64,000 nucleotides of DNA from an uncultured Gemmatimonadaceae bacterium. GTDB taxonomy: Bacteria > Gemmatimonadota > Gemmatimonadetes > Gemmatimonadales > Gemmatimonadaceae. The notes under the pieces were generated by a model. It did not search any database, had not been told where the DNA came from, and was given only the letters and a program-made list of their open reading frames with translations. Location of the stretch: assembly GCA_963817955.1 (NCBI GenBank), contig CAWFQK010000004.1:1280001-1344000 (forward strand), read 5' to 3'. A program made the position numbers and the translations under genes. This document shows, piece after piece, positions 49,373 through 59,680 of the stretch. Position 1 is the stretch's first letter. The number at the start of each line of letters is the position of its first letter.

Positions 49373-51670
49373 TCATTCCCACTCATACAACACGCGATAC
49401 AACGCCGCATTCCGCTGCACGATGCGCACGTAGTCTCGCGTCTCGGCGAACGGGATACGCTCGGCGAAGAGCTCGGGATCGTCCATGCCGGGTTTGGTCG
49501 CCCAACGCGTGATGCGCGAGCCGCCCGCGTTGTACGCCGCGAGCACGCGTGGCAGCGCGCCATATTGCGCCATGTACGATGCCAGATGCGTGGTGCCAAT
49601 CTGAAGATTGGCATCAGGGTCGTACAGGAGCGCGGGTGACCAGATCGGAAAGTTCAGCGCCCGCGCGACTTCGGCGCCGACGGTCGGCATGACCTGCATG
49701 AGGCCACGCGCTCCCGCCGCTGAGGTCGCGCGTGGTGTGAAGTTCGACTCCTGCCGAATGATCGCGGCGACGAGCGCCGGGTCGAGATCGTGCGCCCTCG
49801 CGTCGCGTGTCAGCTCGTCGCGATCGAGCACGGGATAGAGCAACCGATAGGTACGTCCATCGCGATGGCCGGCGTCGGCAAATTGCTGCGCCAGTCGAAT
49901 CGCCCGCGATGGCTGACCATGCTCGAGGAGCGCATGCGCCGTGGCCAGCAAGCGATTCGGTGAGCGGTTGGCCGATTCTTCGAGCGCGTCGTATTCGAAT
50001 CGCGTCTCGACATCCATCCCGAGCTGATCGAGCAGTGCGACGCGGGCAATCGCGCTGTCGACCGCTGGAACGTGCGGGAAGGAGTCGCGGCTCGCCGGCG
50101 GGGACCACGGAGCTTCGTTCAGCCGCTTCGCGGCCAGTCCGGCGTAATACGATGTCGGCTGCTGTGACACCACGCTACGCCATCGGCTGCGAGCAGTCGT
50201 CGTATCGCCCGCAGCGGCCCAGGCGCGCCCGCTCCAGTATCGCGCCGCGGGCGCTTCCTCGGACGTTGGTGCGATCGCCACGAGAGAATCGAACTCCAGC
50301 GCCGCCGTGTTGCCATTTCCGTGAACGAACGACAGGATCGCGGCCTGAAAGCGCGCATTGTCGGCACGGGGACTCGTCGGATAGCTGTGGTACAGTTGCT
50401 GGAAGAGCGCGCGAGCCTGATCATCGTTGCCGGCATCCGTGCTGAGATCGCCCAGCAGGTACAGCGATGCGCTCGCGGCGGTCGTGTCGCTCGGAAAACG
50501 CGTGACGACGTCGCGGAGTGCGGCGCGAGTCGCATCACCGGTGCCCGATGTCAGAAGAATGCGCGCTCGTCTATAGGCTGCTTCGCCGGCAAGAGGACCG
50601 GTCACCATCGCGAGTTGCGCGAGCGCGTCGCGTGATCGGCTCACACGCGTCAGCGCCTGGGCGTACAGCAGCCGATCGTTCGGCGTCACGAGCGTCGGCT
50701 GCGACAGCGCGCGTCCGAAGCCGAGGATCGCGCGTGCCCAAGGCCCCGACACCGCACTGCTTCGTGCGATGACCAATTCCTCGGAGGGTGACAGCGTCGT
50801 GAAACCCTTGTCGAGCACCTCGGCCGCTGCTCTGGCGTCGCTCGTGCCTGCGTGCCCCCGGATGTACTGGATCAACTGCGCCCTGATCGTATCTCGACGC
50901 GCCGTGTCCGGCGCCACCGAGAGGCGAAGCCTGAGCGCGCTCACCGTGGCGCCGAGCGCCGCGTAACGCGCCGCCGCCCCGAGCGCATCGCGGAACCGCT
51001 CGCGCGCCTGCGCCTCGGTCCACGGCACGCGAGAACGTGCAACCGCGAGGGTGACACCACCGAGCGACCGGGCACGCGCCATGGAGTCGCTCTGTGTCCC
51101 GGCCGCGCGGAGCCGGAGCCAGTCGCGCACCGGACGCAATTGTTCGGCGGCGCGGGCGTACACCGCCGCCGCACTGTCGAACATGTTGTTGCGCTCGAGC
51201 GCACGCGCGAGGAGCACGAGCCGCACGGGACGAGATTCGCCACGATGGACGTCGCGCACTGCGCGCGTCGCCTGGGAGAGCGCCAGGGTGTCGTTGCCCT
51301 GCTCCAACGCGGAACGTGTCAGGAGCTCGCGTCCTTCGCCATCGTACTGCGCATCGACCCAGCCCTCGCGGAGGAGCAGCTTGTCCACCTCACTCCACCC
51401 GTCCCATCCTGCAGCGGCGCGCGCCGCCAGGACGAGCGCCGCAGGCGTGCGCTTCTCTGGGTCGCGCAGCAGTGGCGCCAGGATCTGCGTCGCGCGCCAG
51501 GGATGCCCATCGTGGATGGCCGTCTGGGCCATCGTCAGCTCATCCGATTTCTGGATGGCTTGCTCGAGATCGTGATTGGACGTCGACACGACCTCTCCGC
51601 CTGCGCTCGCTTGGTGAGACGAGCCACATGCGCCGAGGACCAGACAGCACAGAACCGACAGAAATCTCAT
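49373..51670 (-). CDS. Slt70-like lytic transglycosylase lipoprotein with TPRs
   Basis: LGAC lipobox, IIRQESNF, GARGLMQ, AAYNAG, ETRDYV. Confidence 0.9.
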   Translation of the reverse strand: MRFLSVLCCLVLGACGSSHQASAGGEVVSTSNHDLEQAIQKSDELTMAQTAIHDGHPWRATQILAPLLRDPEKRTPAALVLAARAAAGWDGWSEVDKLLLREGWVDAQYDGEGRELLTRSALEQGNDTLALSQATRAVRDVHRGESRPVRLVLLARALERNNMFDSAAAVYARAAEQLRPVRDWLRLRAAGTQSDSMARARSLGGVTLAVARSRVPWTEAQARERFRDALGAAARYAALGATVSALRLRLSVAPDTARRDTIRAQLIQYIRGHAGTSDARAAAEVLDKGFTTLSPSEELVIARSSAVSGPWARAILGFGRALSQPTLVTPNDRLLYAQALTRVSRSRDALAQLAMVTGPLAGEAAYRRARILLTSGTGDATRAALRDVVTRFPSDTTAASASLYLLGDLSTDAGNDDQARALFQQLYHSYPTSPRADNARFQAAILSFVHGNGNTAALEFDSLVAIAPTSEEAPAARYWSGRAWAAAGDTTTARSRWRSVVSQQPTSYYAGLAAKRLNEAPWSPPASRDSFPHVPAVDSAIARVALLDQLGMDVETRFEYDALEESANRSPNRLLATAHALLEHGQPSRAIRLAQQFADAGHRDGRTYRLLYPVLDRDELTRDARAHDLDPALVAAIIRQESNFTPRATSAAGARGLMQVMPTVGAEVARALNFPIWSPALLYDPDANLQIGTTHLASYMAQYGALPRVLAAYNAGGSRITRWATKPGMDDPELFAERIPFAETRDYVRIVQRNAALYRVLYEWE

Positions 51671-51760
51671 ATCACTGAGGCATTCAGAATCCGTACCGGC
51701 GCACAACGGCCGGGTCCTCGACGATCGAGAACCCGGCCGATGCGTGGCGGAACGGCAGGT

Positions 51761-54010
51761 CTACTTATCCGCGGCAGCCGCTGCTGGCTTCTCGTTGAGC
51801 CAGTAGCCGAACCACTGCCGCAGCCGGCTGAGGCGATCCACGAGCAGCCAGGGCTCACCCGTGCGCGACAGGTCGTGATTCGACCGCGGATAGCGCACGA
51901 ATTCGGCAGGCACGTTCTGCTTCTTGAGCGCCATGAACCAGAGCTCCGCATTGCCGATCGGCGTACGGAAGTCCTCCTCGCTCTGCACGAGCAGCGTCGG
52001 CGTCTTCACCTTGTTCACGTAACGGATCGGCGACAACGTGTCGTACATGACCTGATTCTCCCACGGCTTGCCAAAGAACTCGCCCTCGGTGAGACTCTGC
52101 GCGTCGGAGGCCCCGTACCAGAAGGTCCACTCGCTGATCATGCGATCAGTTTCAGCAGCCTTGAACCGATTGGTCTTGGTGGTCACCCATGCCGTCATGA
52201 AGCCGCCGTACGACCCGCCGGTCACGCCCATCTTCGTCGAATCGACGTCGGGGCGCTTCGCGGCGATGTCCACCGCCTTCATGAGATCGGTGTAGTCCTT
52301 TCCGCCCCAGTCGCCGCGGCTCGCGTACGTGAACTCCGTGTTCGTGCCGCTCGATCCTCGCGGATTGGTGAACAGCACCCACATGCCCGCGCCGGCAATG
52401 TTCTGGAATTCGTCGAACCACGCTTCGTTGTAGTCGGAGTGCGGCCCGCCGTGGATGTACATCACGAGCGGGAATTTCTTCGACGCATCGTATCCGTATG
52501 GCTTCATCAGCCACCCTTCTACCTCGACGCCGCCGACCGACTTGTACTTGAATTCCTCGGCGTCAGACCAGGCGACTTCGCTATTCACCTTGTCGTTGAA
52601 CGACGTCAGCTTTCGCTCACCACTGCCGTCGGCATTGGCAATGAACAGTTCCGTCGGATGGGTCACGTCGGTCGAGACATAAACGATGTGCGACTGCGGC
52701 GCGTCGTAGATCGCGCCCGTCACCACGCGCCGGCCGCCGAGGATCGTCGTGATCTTCTTCGTGGCAGGATCGATCATGAACATTCCGCTGCTGCCGCCGC
52801 TGTTCGTCATCATCACGATACTGCCGTTCTTCAGCCATTCGATCGTTCCCGGCTCGTACGTCCACGTGCCCAGGATGTCCTGCGGCTTGCCACCAGTCGC
52901 GTCCACGACAAACAGGCGCTGGTTCCGGAATCGACCGGGCTGTCCGACGAACGCGATCTGCTTGCTGTCTGGCGACCAGGCGATCTGCGTCTCGTTTCCG
53001 TTGTAATCGATGCGGTGCGGCGTGCACTCCGCGCTCTGCGCCTCGCACGCGGCGATGGGCAAGAGGTACACGTCGGTGTCATTGCGAAGCTGCTCGTCAC
53101 GCTTGCGATCGGGTGGCAGCTTGGCGATGGAGTCGCGCTCGGCGGTCACGACGGAATCCGAACGCAGCCGGACGTCGGCAAGGAACGCCACCCACTTGCC
53201 GTCTGGAGACACGACGGCGCTGCGATGCGAATACTTGGTGCTGGTGAGCGCCTTGCGTGGCGTTCCCGGACGCTCGATGTAGATCTGTGAGACCACGGGA
53301 GCTGGCGTGCGCGGCGCGGTGCGCGGACCGGGCAACAGCCCCTGCCCGTTGGCTTTATACACCATCTGCGTGATCTGACGCCCGTCGAATCGCACCGGAT
53401 TCTCCGGCTTCGTAATGGCGTCGTATGGCGGCCGCGCCATTGGTTGCATGTGGGCAAACGGATCGTTCGGATTAGTCGACGAGTCGGGCGCGGGCTGTGC
53501 GCCACGGCCGCCGCCACGCCCACCGAAACCGCCACGCCCGCCGTTGTTGTCACCGCTCGTGATGGTGAAGCTCTTGTCGGCCGGCTGCGTACCCTGGCGG
53601 ACCTGCTGCGGACCCGTGGGTTGATACGCCTCACCCGCCGGCTGGTCCATCCGCAGGGCCCAGTTCGCGCCACGTCCGCCGGGACGTTGCGAGGTGAAAT
53701 ACAGAATCTTGCCGTCTTCGGAGAAGCGCGGATTGCTGCTCTCGAAACCCGGCGACGTATAGCGCATTGGCTCGCCACCCTGCGTGGGCACCAGCCACAC
53801 CTCGGAGTGTCGACGGTTCTCCGCTTCCGGAGTTGTGGTAACTGTGAACGCCACCTTGTTGCCATCGGGGGACAAGGCGGGAGTACTCACGGTGGTCACC
53901 TTGTACCAATCAGCCGGCGTGAAAGCGTGTTTCGCCGGCGCGGGCTGCTGCGCGGCAAGACATGCGACCGGCAGCGCGAGCGCGCCCACGACAATTGAGA
54001 AAGTCCGCAT
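51761..54010 (-). CDS. S9 family serine peptidase
   Basis: Signal peptide, propeller, IHGGP, NPRGS, GGSYGG, catalytic D and H motifs. Confidence 0.92.
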   Translation of the reverse strand: MRTFSIVVGALALPVACLAAQQPAPAKHAFTPADWYKVTTVSTPALSPDGNKVAFTVTTTPEAENRRHSEVWLVPTQGGEPMRYTSPGFESSNPRFSEDGKILYFTSQRPGGRGANWALRMDQPAGEAYQPTGPQQVRQGTQPADKSFTITSGDNNGGRGGFGGRGGGRGAQPAPDSSTNPNDPFAHMQPMARPPYDAITKPENPVRFDGRQITQMVYKANGQGLLPGPRTAPRTPAPVVSQIYIERPGTPRKALTSTKYSHRSAVVSPDGKWVAFLADVRLRSDSVVTAERDSIAKLPPDRKRDEQLRNDTDVYLLPIAACEAQSAECTPHRIDYNGNETQIAWSPDSKQIAFVGQPGRFRNQRLFVVDATGGKPQDILGTWTYEPGTIEWLKNGSIVMMTNSGGSSGMFMIDPATKKITTILGGRRVVTGAIYDAPQSHIVYVSTDVTHPTELFIANADGSGERKLTSFNDKVNSEVAWSDAEEFKYKSVGGVEVEGWLMKPYGYDASKKFPLVMYIHGGPHSDYNEAWFDEFQNIAGAGMWVLFTNPRGSSGTNTEFTYASRGDWGGKDYTDLMKAVDIAAKRPDVDSTKMGVTGGSYGGFMTAWVTTKTNRFKAAETDRMISEWTFWYGASDAQSLTEGEFFGKPWENQVMYDTLSPIRYVNKVKTPTLLVQSEEDFRTPIGNAELWFMALKKQNVPAEFVRYPRSNHDLSRTGEPWLLVDRLSRLRQWFGYWLNEKPAAAAADK

Positions 54011-54071
54011 CGATCAACTCCGGTATGGTGGGGGGTGGGATGAACGTTGGTACATCCACCCGACTACAGCA

Positions 54072-55370
54072 TTAACGCATTGCTGGCACGGACGTTGGCG
54101 AAGGCATCCCGTCGCGGATACCAGTCCGCGGATCGCTCTTGCGACGTCCCTTTTCCTGATACATCGCGCGGTCTGCGCGCTCGATCGCAAATCCCAGGTC
54201 CTCGGAGCTCTCATAGTCCGCGGCACCAAGGCTCACCTGAAGCGGTACCGTTCCGGCGCCTGCGCCAGGCACCGGTCCGGCACTGTCGATGGCACGCTGG
54301 AGCCGCAGGAGGACGTCGGACGTATGCGCTGACGGCAGGATGAGCAGGAATTCGTCGCCGCCCCAGCGATACAACTTGTCGTACGAGCGGAGGGTTGCCC
54401 GCAGCACGTCAGCGCATCGACGCAACAGCAGATCGCCCGCCGAGTGTCCAAAGCGGTCGTTGACCATCTTCAAGTTATCGAGATCGGCGAGCACCACGGT
54501 GCCGAACGTCGCGCGAACCATTTCCAGACCGACGCCTTCAACGTAGGCCCGACGGTTCAGTGAGTCGGTCAACGCATCGTACAGCGCGGCGCGGCGTAGC
54601 TGATCATGCGTCACACGCAACTCGGCCTGCGCATCGTCCACCTCGCGCTTGGAGTCCTCCATGAGCACGAGGATCATGGCGTACCCCAACAGAAGGTTGC
54701 CCATGAGGTCGAAATATGAATTGAACGCGACCATCACTCGGGCACTATCCGCGAGCGATGTGGGAAATTGGCGGATCGACACTGCAAAGGCCCCTGCGTA
54801 CGCCAACCAGAGGCACGCGAGCGTCGCGAAGCAAATGCCTGTGGTGACGCTGCCAATCGTACGCCGCGGGCGCGGCAACCAAAGAAACGCAGAGGCGCAG
54901 TAGCCGAGCGCGGGGACGGCGAGCGCACTCTGCCAGATTACCATCTCGGCGAGGCCATGACTCGAACCAACCGTCGAAATAACCGCGAACAGTATCGCGC
55001 CAGCCCAGAGCCTGCGCGTGGCGCCGACGCCGGACGGCGCGCCAGCAACGTACATCAGCGTGCCGCGCAGGAAGAAGATGAACCCGAGCCCTTTGCTCAT
55101 CTGGTAGATGAAATAGAGGGCCCGAATCACTGGGTCCGACTCCGCCCGTTGCGCGCTGATAATGCCCGGGACGAGCAGGTACCGCACGGCCAGTGCAAAA
55201 ATGGCGACGGTCAGCGCCCCCCAAGCGGCCGCCCAGGCACTGAAGTAGGCCCGCCGGAGAACGAAGTGGCGCAAGATCAGAAACAGCCCAAGGAGCATCA
55301 GAGCGCCGACGAACTGCACGGCGACGCCAAGAAACACTAGTACTGGGAATGTCTGGGACGGTGGCTGCAT
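54072..55370 (-). CDS. Membrane-bound diguanylate cyclase
   Basis: About seven TMs; DALT, DLDNLKMVND, RSYD I-site, RWGGDEF. Confidence 0.92.
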   Translation of the reverse strand: MQPPSQTFPVLVFLGVAVQFVGALMLLGLFLILRHFVLRRAYFSAWAAAWGALTVAIFALAVRYLLVPGIISAQRAESDPVIRALYFIYQMSKGLGFIFFLRGTLMYVAGAPSGVGATRRLWAGAILFAVISTVGSSHGLAEMVIWQSALAVPALGYCASAFLWLPRPRRTIGSVTTGICFATLACLWLAYAGAFAVSIRQFPTSLADSARVMVAFNSYFDLMGNLLLGYAMILVLMEDSKREVDDAQAELRVTHDQLRRAALYDALTDSLNRRAYVEGVGLEMVRATFGTVVLADLDNLKMVNDRFGHSAGDLLLRRCADVLRATLRSYDKLYRWGGDEFLLILPSAHTSDVLLRLQRAIDSAGPVPGAGAGTVPLQVSLGAADYESSEDLGFAIERADRAMYQEKGRRKSDPRTGIRDGMPSPTSVPAMR

Positions 55371-55560
55371 GCGACGAGGTCGCCGGGGTAGCTACAGACT
55401 AGCCCGCTTAAGTTGTGTCCCCTTTCGTCCCACGTCCAGGGTTCCACGTCACCAAAAGACAACGGCCTGAAGCCGAAGCTCCAGACCGTTGTCTTTCCGC
55501 GGAGGGAGAGGACGTGCCCACCCGCACGCCCGGGCTCACTCTCGCGCCCCAATCGTACCC

Positions 55561-56058
55561 TTATGCGCCAGGACTGCGACGGCTGCCCTTCATCTTCTGC
55601 GCGCGCTGGGCGATCCGTTGCTTGAGCCGCGCGACATTGGCGTCGAAAGTGGGCTGATGCTCCGGCGTCAACGCGGCGCGAATGTCATTCCGCTCGGCCA
55701 TGAGGAGCTGTTTCGTCTGATCGCGTTGCGCGCTTGACTGCTGCCAGAGGGCCTTCAATGCCGCCGTGTCGCCACGCTGCCGTGCCGCGCGCGCTTCCAA
55801 CAGCTTGGGCTTCAGCTCCGCCCGGAGTGCCTTGATCTGCGGAGCGTACTTGGCTCGAACGGCCTTGAGATTCGCCTTCTCAGCGTCGCTCAGCGTGATG
55901 CCCCGGAACAACTGCCCTCGAAGATTCCTGGCGAGCCGGCCGCGGGCACCGTTGGCAAGCGGACGCTGCGGCGTCGGAGTCACCTGCTGCGCGGACGAGA
56001 CAACGGCCCCACCGAACACGAGCAGAGCAGCAGCAAGCGTGGAACGAATATACGTCAT
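55561..56058 (-). CDS. Spy/CpxP-like periplasmic protein
   Basis: GGAGG RBS, signal peptide, LSDAEK and LTPEHQ (LTxxQ-like), basic helical sequence. Confidence 0.75.
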   Translation of the reverse strand: MTYIRSTLAAALLVFGGAVVSSAQQVTPTPQRPLANGARGRLARNLRGQLFRGITLSDAEKANLKAVRAKYAPQIKALRAELKPKLLEARAARQRGDTAALKALWQQSSAQRDQTKQLLMAERNDIRAALTPEHQPTFDANVARLKQRIAQRAQKMKGSRRSPGA

Positions 56059-56138
56059 GGTGATCCTCCACCAGTTTATGGTCGGCGCACCTGCGCCGTC
56101 GAACTGGTAGACGCGGTGATCATGGCAGCGTTAATCCT

Positions 56139-56222
56139 GGGACACGGGACACGAGACACGAGACACGAGACACGAGACACGAGACACGGGACACGGGACA
56201 CGGGACACGGGACACGGGACGC
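56139..56222. repeat. Heptamer tandem repeat G(G/A)GACAC x12
   Basis: 2x GGGACAC, 5x GAGACAC, 4x GGGACAC, 1x GGGACGC. Confidence 0.93.
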
Positions 56223-56278
56223 TCACCGACCGGCGAGAATGGGTTTAAGGACCCAATCTCGTCGGGCCCGGCCGGGCT

Positions 56279-56680
56279 CTACGCGTTTCCGACGTACGCA
56301 ACTGCGCTGACTTCCACCAGGATGTCTCGCAGACTCGCGCCAAGCGCAGTGCGGGTGGGGTAAGGCTGCGGCATCAGTTCCTTGTACACGGCGTTGAACG
56401 CTCCCCAGTCGTCGATGTCCGCGAGGTAGACGGTCATGGACACAACATCGGACAGCGACGCATGCGCCGCTTCGAGCGCTCGCCGTACATTGGCGATGAC
56501 CTGTTTCGTCTGCGATTCGATGTCCGGTCCGGCCATCTCGCCTGTTGCAGGGTCGCGTGGAACCTGCCCCGACACGAACACGAACCCACCCGCCCGGACG
56601 GCTGGAGAGTAGGCGCCCGCCGGCGGCGGAACTTCACCGCCGAGTCGCACCGGTTGCCACTGTCGTTCACCCTGTGTCAT
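56279..56680 (-). CDS. RidA/YjgF family protein
   Basis: GAYSPAV, VFVSGQ, FNAVY, PTRT, LVEV. Confidence 0.9.
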   Translation of the reverse strand: MTQGERQWQPVRLGGEVPPPAGAYSPAVRAGGFVFVSGQVPRDPATGEMAGPDIESQTKQVIANVRRALEAAHASLSDVVSMTVYLADIDDWGAFNAVYKELMPQPYPTRTALGASLRDILVEVSAVAYVGNA

Positions 56681-56715
56681 TTATCGTTCTCCATTATTGA
56701 GGTTGCCCGTACGAC

Positions 56716-57840
56716 ATGTCGCTAAACATCGCTGAACTCGAAACGCCGGTGCCGGTAGTCGACCTGGACCGGATGACCCGTAATCTCGACCGCGCGGCGG
56801 CGTACGCAACCACGCACGGCCTCGGGCTACGCCCGCACATCAAGACGCACAAGTCACCGCGCGTCGCCAGCGAACAACTCGAGCGCGGCGCTGTGGGGCT
56901 CACCTGCGCGACCGCATTCGAGGCCGAAGTCATGAGTGCGGTCTGCGACGATATCCTGCTCGCGTACCCTCCGGTCGGCGCCACGCGGGCAGCTCGGATT
57001 GCGGCGCTGCCCGGGAGCACGAAGATCACGGTCGCGCTGGATTCGCTCGCGGCGCTGAAGTCCATTGCGCAGGCGGCGCATGATGCTGACCGGACGGTAG
57101 GCGTCTACATCGAGCTCGATCTCGGCATGCACCGAGTAGGATTGCCCGCAATCGACGACGCCGTGACCTTGGCGCGCGCCATCGCCGGGCCGCTGACGTT
57201 CGAGGGCATTGCCTTCTACCCCGGTCACGTTCGCGAGCAAGTCGGGCTACAATCGTCCAAGTTGGAGGAACTCGACGCCGCGATCACCACCGCCATCACC
57301 GCGTTCGATCGCGCGGGACTCCACCCGCAAGTGGTGAGCGGCGGCTCGACGCCAACGATGTGGCACACGCACGAACTGCGAGGTGTCACCGAAATGCGCC
57401 CAGGCACCTATGTCTACAATGATCGCACCACAGCCGCGATCGGCGCGTGCACCTGGGACGACTGCGCTCTCACCGTTCTCGCGACCGTTGTCAGTACCGC
57501 CGTGCCTGGACAGGCCGTGATCGACGCCGGCACCAAGTCGCTCGGTCGCGAGCCAATGCGCGGCGCGGATACAGCCGACGGGTTTGGCTCGCTGCTCGAA
57601 CATCCCGACGTGGTCGTAAAGGCCATGTCCGAAGAACATGGCACGCTCGATCTCTCGAAAACGAATTGGCGGCCAGTCATCGGTGACAAGGTGCGTGTCA
57701 TTCCGAACCACGTCTGCATCGTGGTGCATTTGAACGATGTCGTCGCCGGCGTCCGCGGCGATGTGGTGGAGACGAGCTGGCCGGTGACGGCGCGGGGGCG
57801 GGGGTACCGATTGGAGGAGGGAGCTCTCGGAGGTCGTTAG
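56716..57840 (+). CDS. Fold-type III PLP enzyme, D-serine dehydratase / D-threonine aldolase family
   Basis: LETP, RPHIKTHK, SGGSTPT, EMRPGTYV, DAGTK, SEEHG, PNHVC. Confidence 0.88.
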   Translation: MSLNIAELETPVPVVDLDRMTRNLDRAAAYATTHGLGLRPHIKTHKSPRVASEQLERGAVGLTCATAFEAEVMSAVCDDILLAYPPVGATRAARIAALPGSTKITVALDSLAALKSIAQAAHDADRTVGVYIELDLGMHRVGLPAIDDAVTLARAIAGPLTFEGIAFYPGHVREQVGLQSSKLEELDAAITTAITAFDRAGLHPQVVSGGSTPTMWHTHELRGVTEMRPGTYVYNDRTTAAIGACTWDDCALTVLATVVSTAVPGQAVIDAGTKSLGREPMRGADTADGFGSLLEHPDVVVKAMSEEHGTLDLSKTNWRPVIGDKVRVIPNHVCIVVHLNDVVAGVRGDVVETSWPVTARGRGYRLEEGALGGR

Positions 57841-57944
57841 TCGTGCTTTGTGCATGACGCGAGCGTGCGATTGGGCTCCGGGTTTTGACCGGCTGGGTGT
57901 CGCTGGCTGCTCCGTAGCGGTCGGCCCACCGGTCGGCGAGGTTC

Positions 57945-58000
57945 GAGTTTCCAGTTGTGAGTTGTGCGTTGTGAGTTTCTCGTGTCTCGTGTCGCGTGTT
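57945..58000. repeat. Degenerate heptamer array between convergent genes
   Basis: GAGTTTC CAGTTGT GAGTTGT GCGTTGT GAGTTTC TCGTGTC TCGTGTC GCGTGTT. Confidence 0.6.
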
Positions 58001-59594
58001 AGTGCGCCATGCCGCCCATACCGCGCCCTTTCCCGGTCTTGAACAGAAAGAGTAGTGGGAGACTCGCTAATAGAATCATGCCGCTCAATATGTAGATCCT
58101 GGAGAACGCAAGGACGCTGGCTTGGGCTTGGATCTGATGATCGAGAAACACGAGCGTCTGCTGCTTGGCCGTGATTGGATTGACGCCACGCGCGACCAGT
58201 CCGCGCGTAATGCCCTCGACGCGGCTGAGTGTCGTGGGATCCATTGTCGTTACATCCTCGGTGAGCAGCGCTTTGCGCACTGTCGTGAAGCGCGTGAGCA
58301 GCGTTGCCATGATCGCAATGCCAAGCGAGCCCCCGAGTTGGCGCGTGAGATTGAACATGCCCGTTCCCTGCGCCAGTTCTGACATCTTCAGCTCAGCCAT
58401 CGACGCATTGGTGAGCGGCACGAAGATCAATCCGAGCCCCACCCCTCGAATGATGAGCGGCCAGAACGTCTGTTCCGGACCGCTGGCCAACGTCATGCGC
58501 GCAAGTAGCCACATGGAAATGAAGAACAGGAACGCGCCGATCGCGACGGTGATGCGCGCGTCGAGGCGATTGGCGTTCTTGCCCACGAACGCCATGGTGA
58601 ACGCGGATGCGATGGCACCTGGCAGAATGACAAGACCAGTCTGATTTGCCGTGAGCCCATGCAGATTCTGCAGGAAGATCGGCAGCACGAAGATCGAGCC
58701 GAACAACGCGAGTCCCAGCACGGCGGCAATGCTCACCCCAGCGGCGAGCTGGCGGCTCTTCAACACGCGCAGGTTGATGATCGGCTCGTCAACGCGCAGC
58801 TCATGCCAGATGAGCCACACGAACGACACGACGGACGTGATCGCCAGGCTCGTCACGAATCGGGAATCGAACCAGTCGTACCGCTCGCCCTTTTCGAGCA
58901 TCCACTGCAGCGAGCCGACGCACGTTGCCAACAGGACGAAACCGAGCACGTCGATCTTGTCGGCACGCTCCTGGTGCGCCGCATCGTGCACGTACGTCAC
59001 CACCATGATCGCCGCGAGGATGCCGAGCGGCACGTTGATGTAGAAGATCCAGGGCCAGTTGTAGTTATCGACGATCCAGCCGCCAAGCGTCGGTCCCAGC
59101 GTGGGGCCGACCATCACGCCGACGCCGAACATCGCTTGCCCAATACCTACCTCTTCCGGCGGGAAGGACTCGAACAGCGTCGTCTGCGCCGTGGAGAGCA
59201 ATGCACCGCCGCCAATGCCCTGCACCACGCGCCAGAGGACCAGACCGCCAAGCGACGTCGCCGCGCCACACATGAACGAGGCGGCGACGAAGAGCAGAAT
59301 CGAGCCGGTGAGATAGCGCTTGCGGCCGAAATAGGCCGACAGCCACCCGGACATCGGGATGACGATGACGTTGGCGATGATGTAGCCCGTACTGACCCAC
59401 GAAATCTCATCAAGCGTGGCGCCGAGATTTCCCATCATGTGGGGAATGGCGACGTTGACAATCGAGGTGTCGATCAGCTCGAGCACCGCCGCGAGCGTGA
59501 CCGCGATGGCGATGAGATATTTGAACTTGTATTTGTCCTCGACCGGCGCAGCGATGTGCGCAGGCAGAGGCAGAGACAGCATGTCGGCAGGCAT
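57999..59594 (-). CDS. emrB: DHA2 MFS efflux permease, EmrB-like
   Basis: DTSIVNVAIP, WVSTGY, RVVQGIGGG, WPWIFYINVP, RQLGGS. Confidence 0.9.
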   Translation of the reverse strand: MPADMLSLPLPAHIAAPVEDKYKFKYLIAIAVTLAAVLELIDTSIVNVAIPHMMGNLGATLDEISWVSTGYIIANVIVIPMSGWLSAYFGRKRYLTGSILLFVAASFMCGAATSLGGLVLWRVVQGIGGGALLSTAQTTLFESFPPEEVGIGQAMFGVGVMVGPTLGPTLGGWIVDNYNWPWIFYINVPLGILAAIMVVTYVHDAAHQERADKIDVLGFVLLATCVGSLQWMLEKGERYDWFDSRFVTSLAITSVVSFVWLIWHELRVDEPIINLRVLKSRQLAAGVSIAAVLGLALFGSIFVLPIFLQNLHGLTANQTGLVILPGAIASAFTMAFVGKNANRLDARITVAIGAFLFFISMWLLARMTLASGPEQTFWPLIIRGVGLGLIFVPLTNASMAELKMSELAQGTGMFNLTRQLGGSLGIAIMATLLTRFTTVRKALLTEDVTTMDPTTLSRVEGITRGLVARGVNPITAKQQTLVFLDHQIQAQASVLAFSRIYILSGMILLASLPLLFLFKTGKGRGMGGMAH

Positions 59595-59603
59595 GATGCT
59601 TGG

Positions 59604-59645
59604 CTACTGATGACTGATGACTGATTACTGATCACTGATTACTGA
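59604..59645. repeat. Heptamer tandem repeat NNACTGA x6
   Basis: CTACTGA TGACTGA TGACTGA TTACTGA TCACTGA TTACTGA. Confidence 0.85.
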
Positions 59646-59680
59646 CCGGCCCTGTGCCAGTCAGAACGACCAGTCCCAGC

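Noticed and set aside
50852..53290. 812-aa plus-strand ORF and similar long shadow ORFs (2077..3303, 40173..41513, 59654..60895)
   Set aside because: They are antisense to well-supported genes, have no motifs, and are expected in high-GC DNA.
56116..56310. 64-aa ORF with HGTRDTR repeats
   Set aside because: It is just the translation of the heptamer array.
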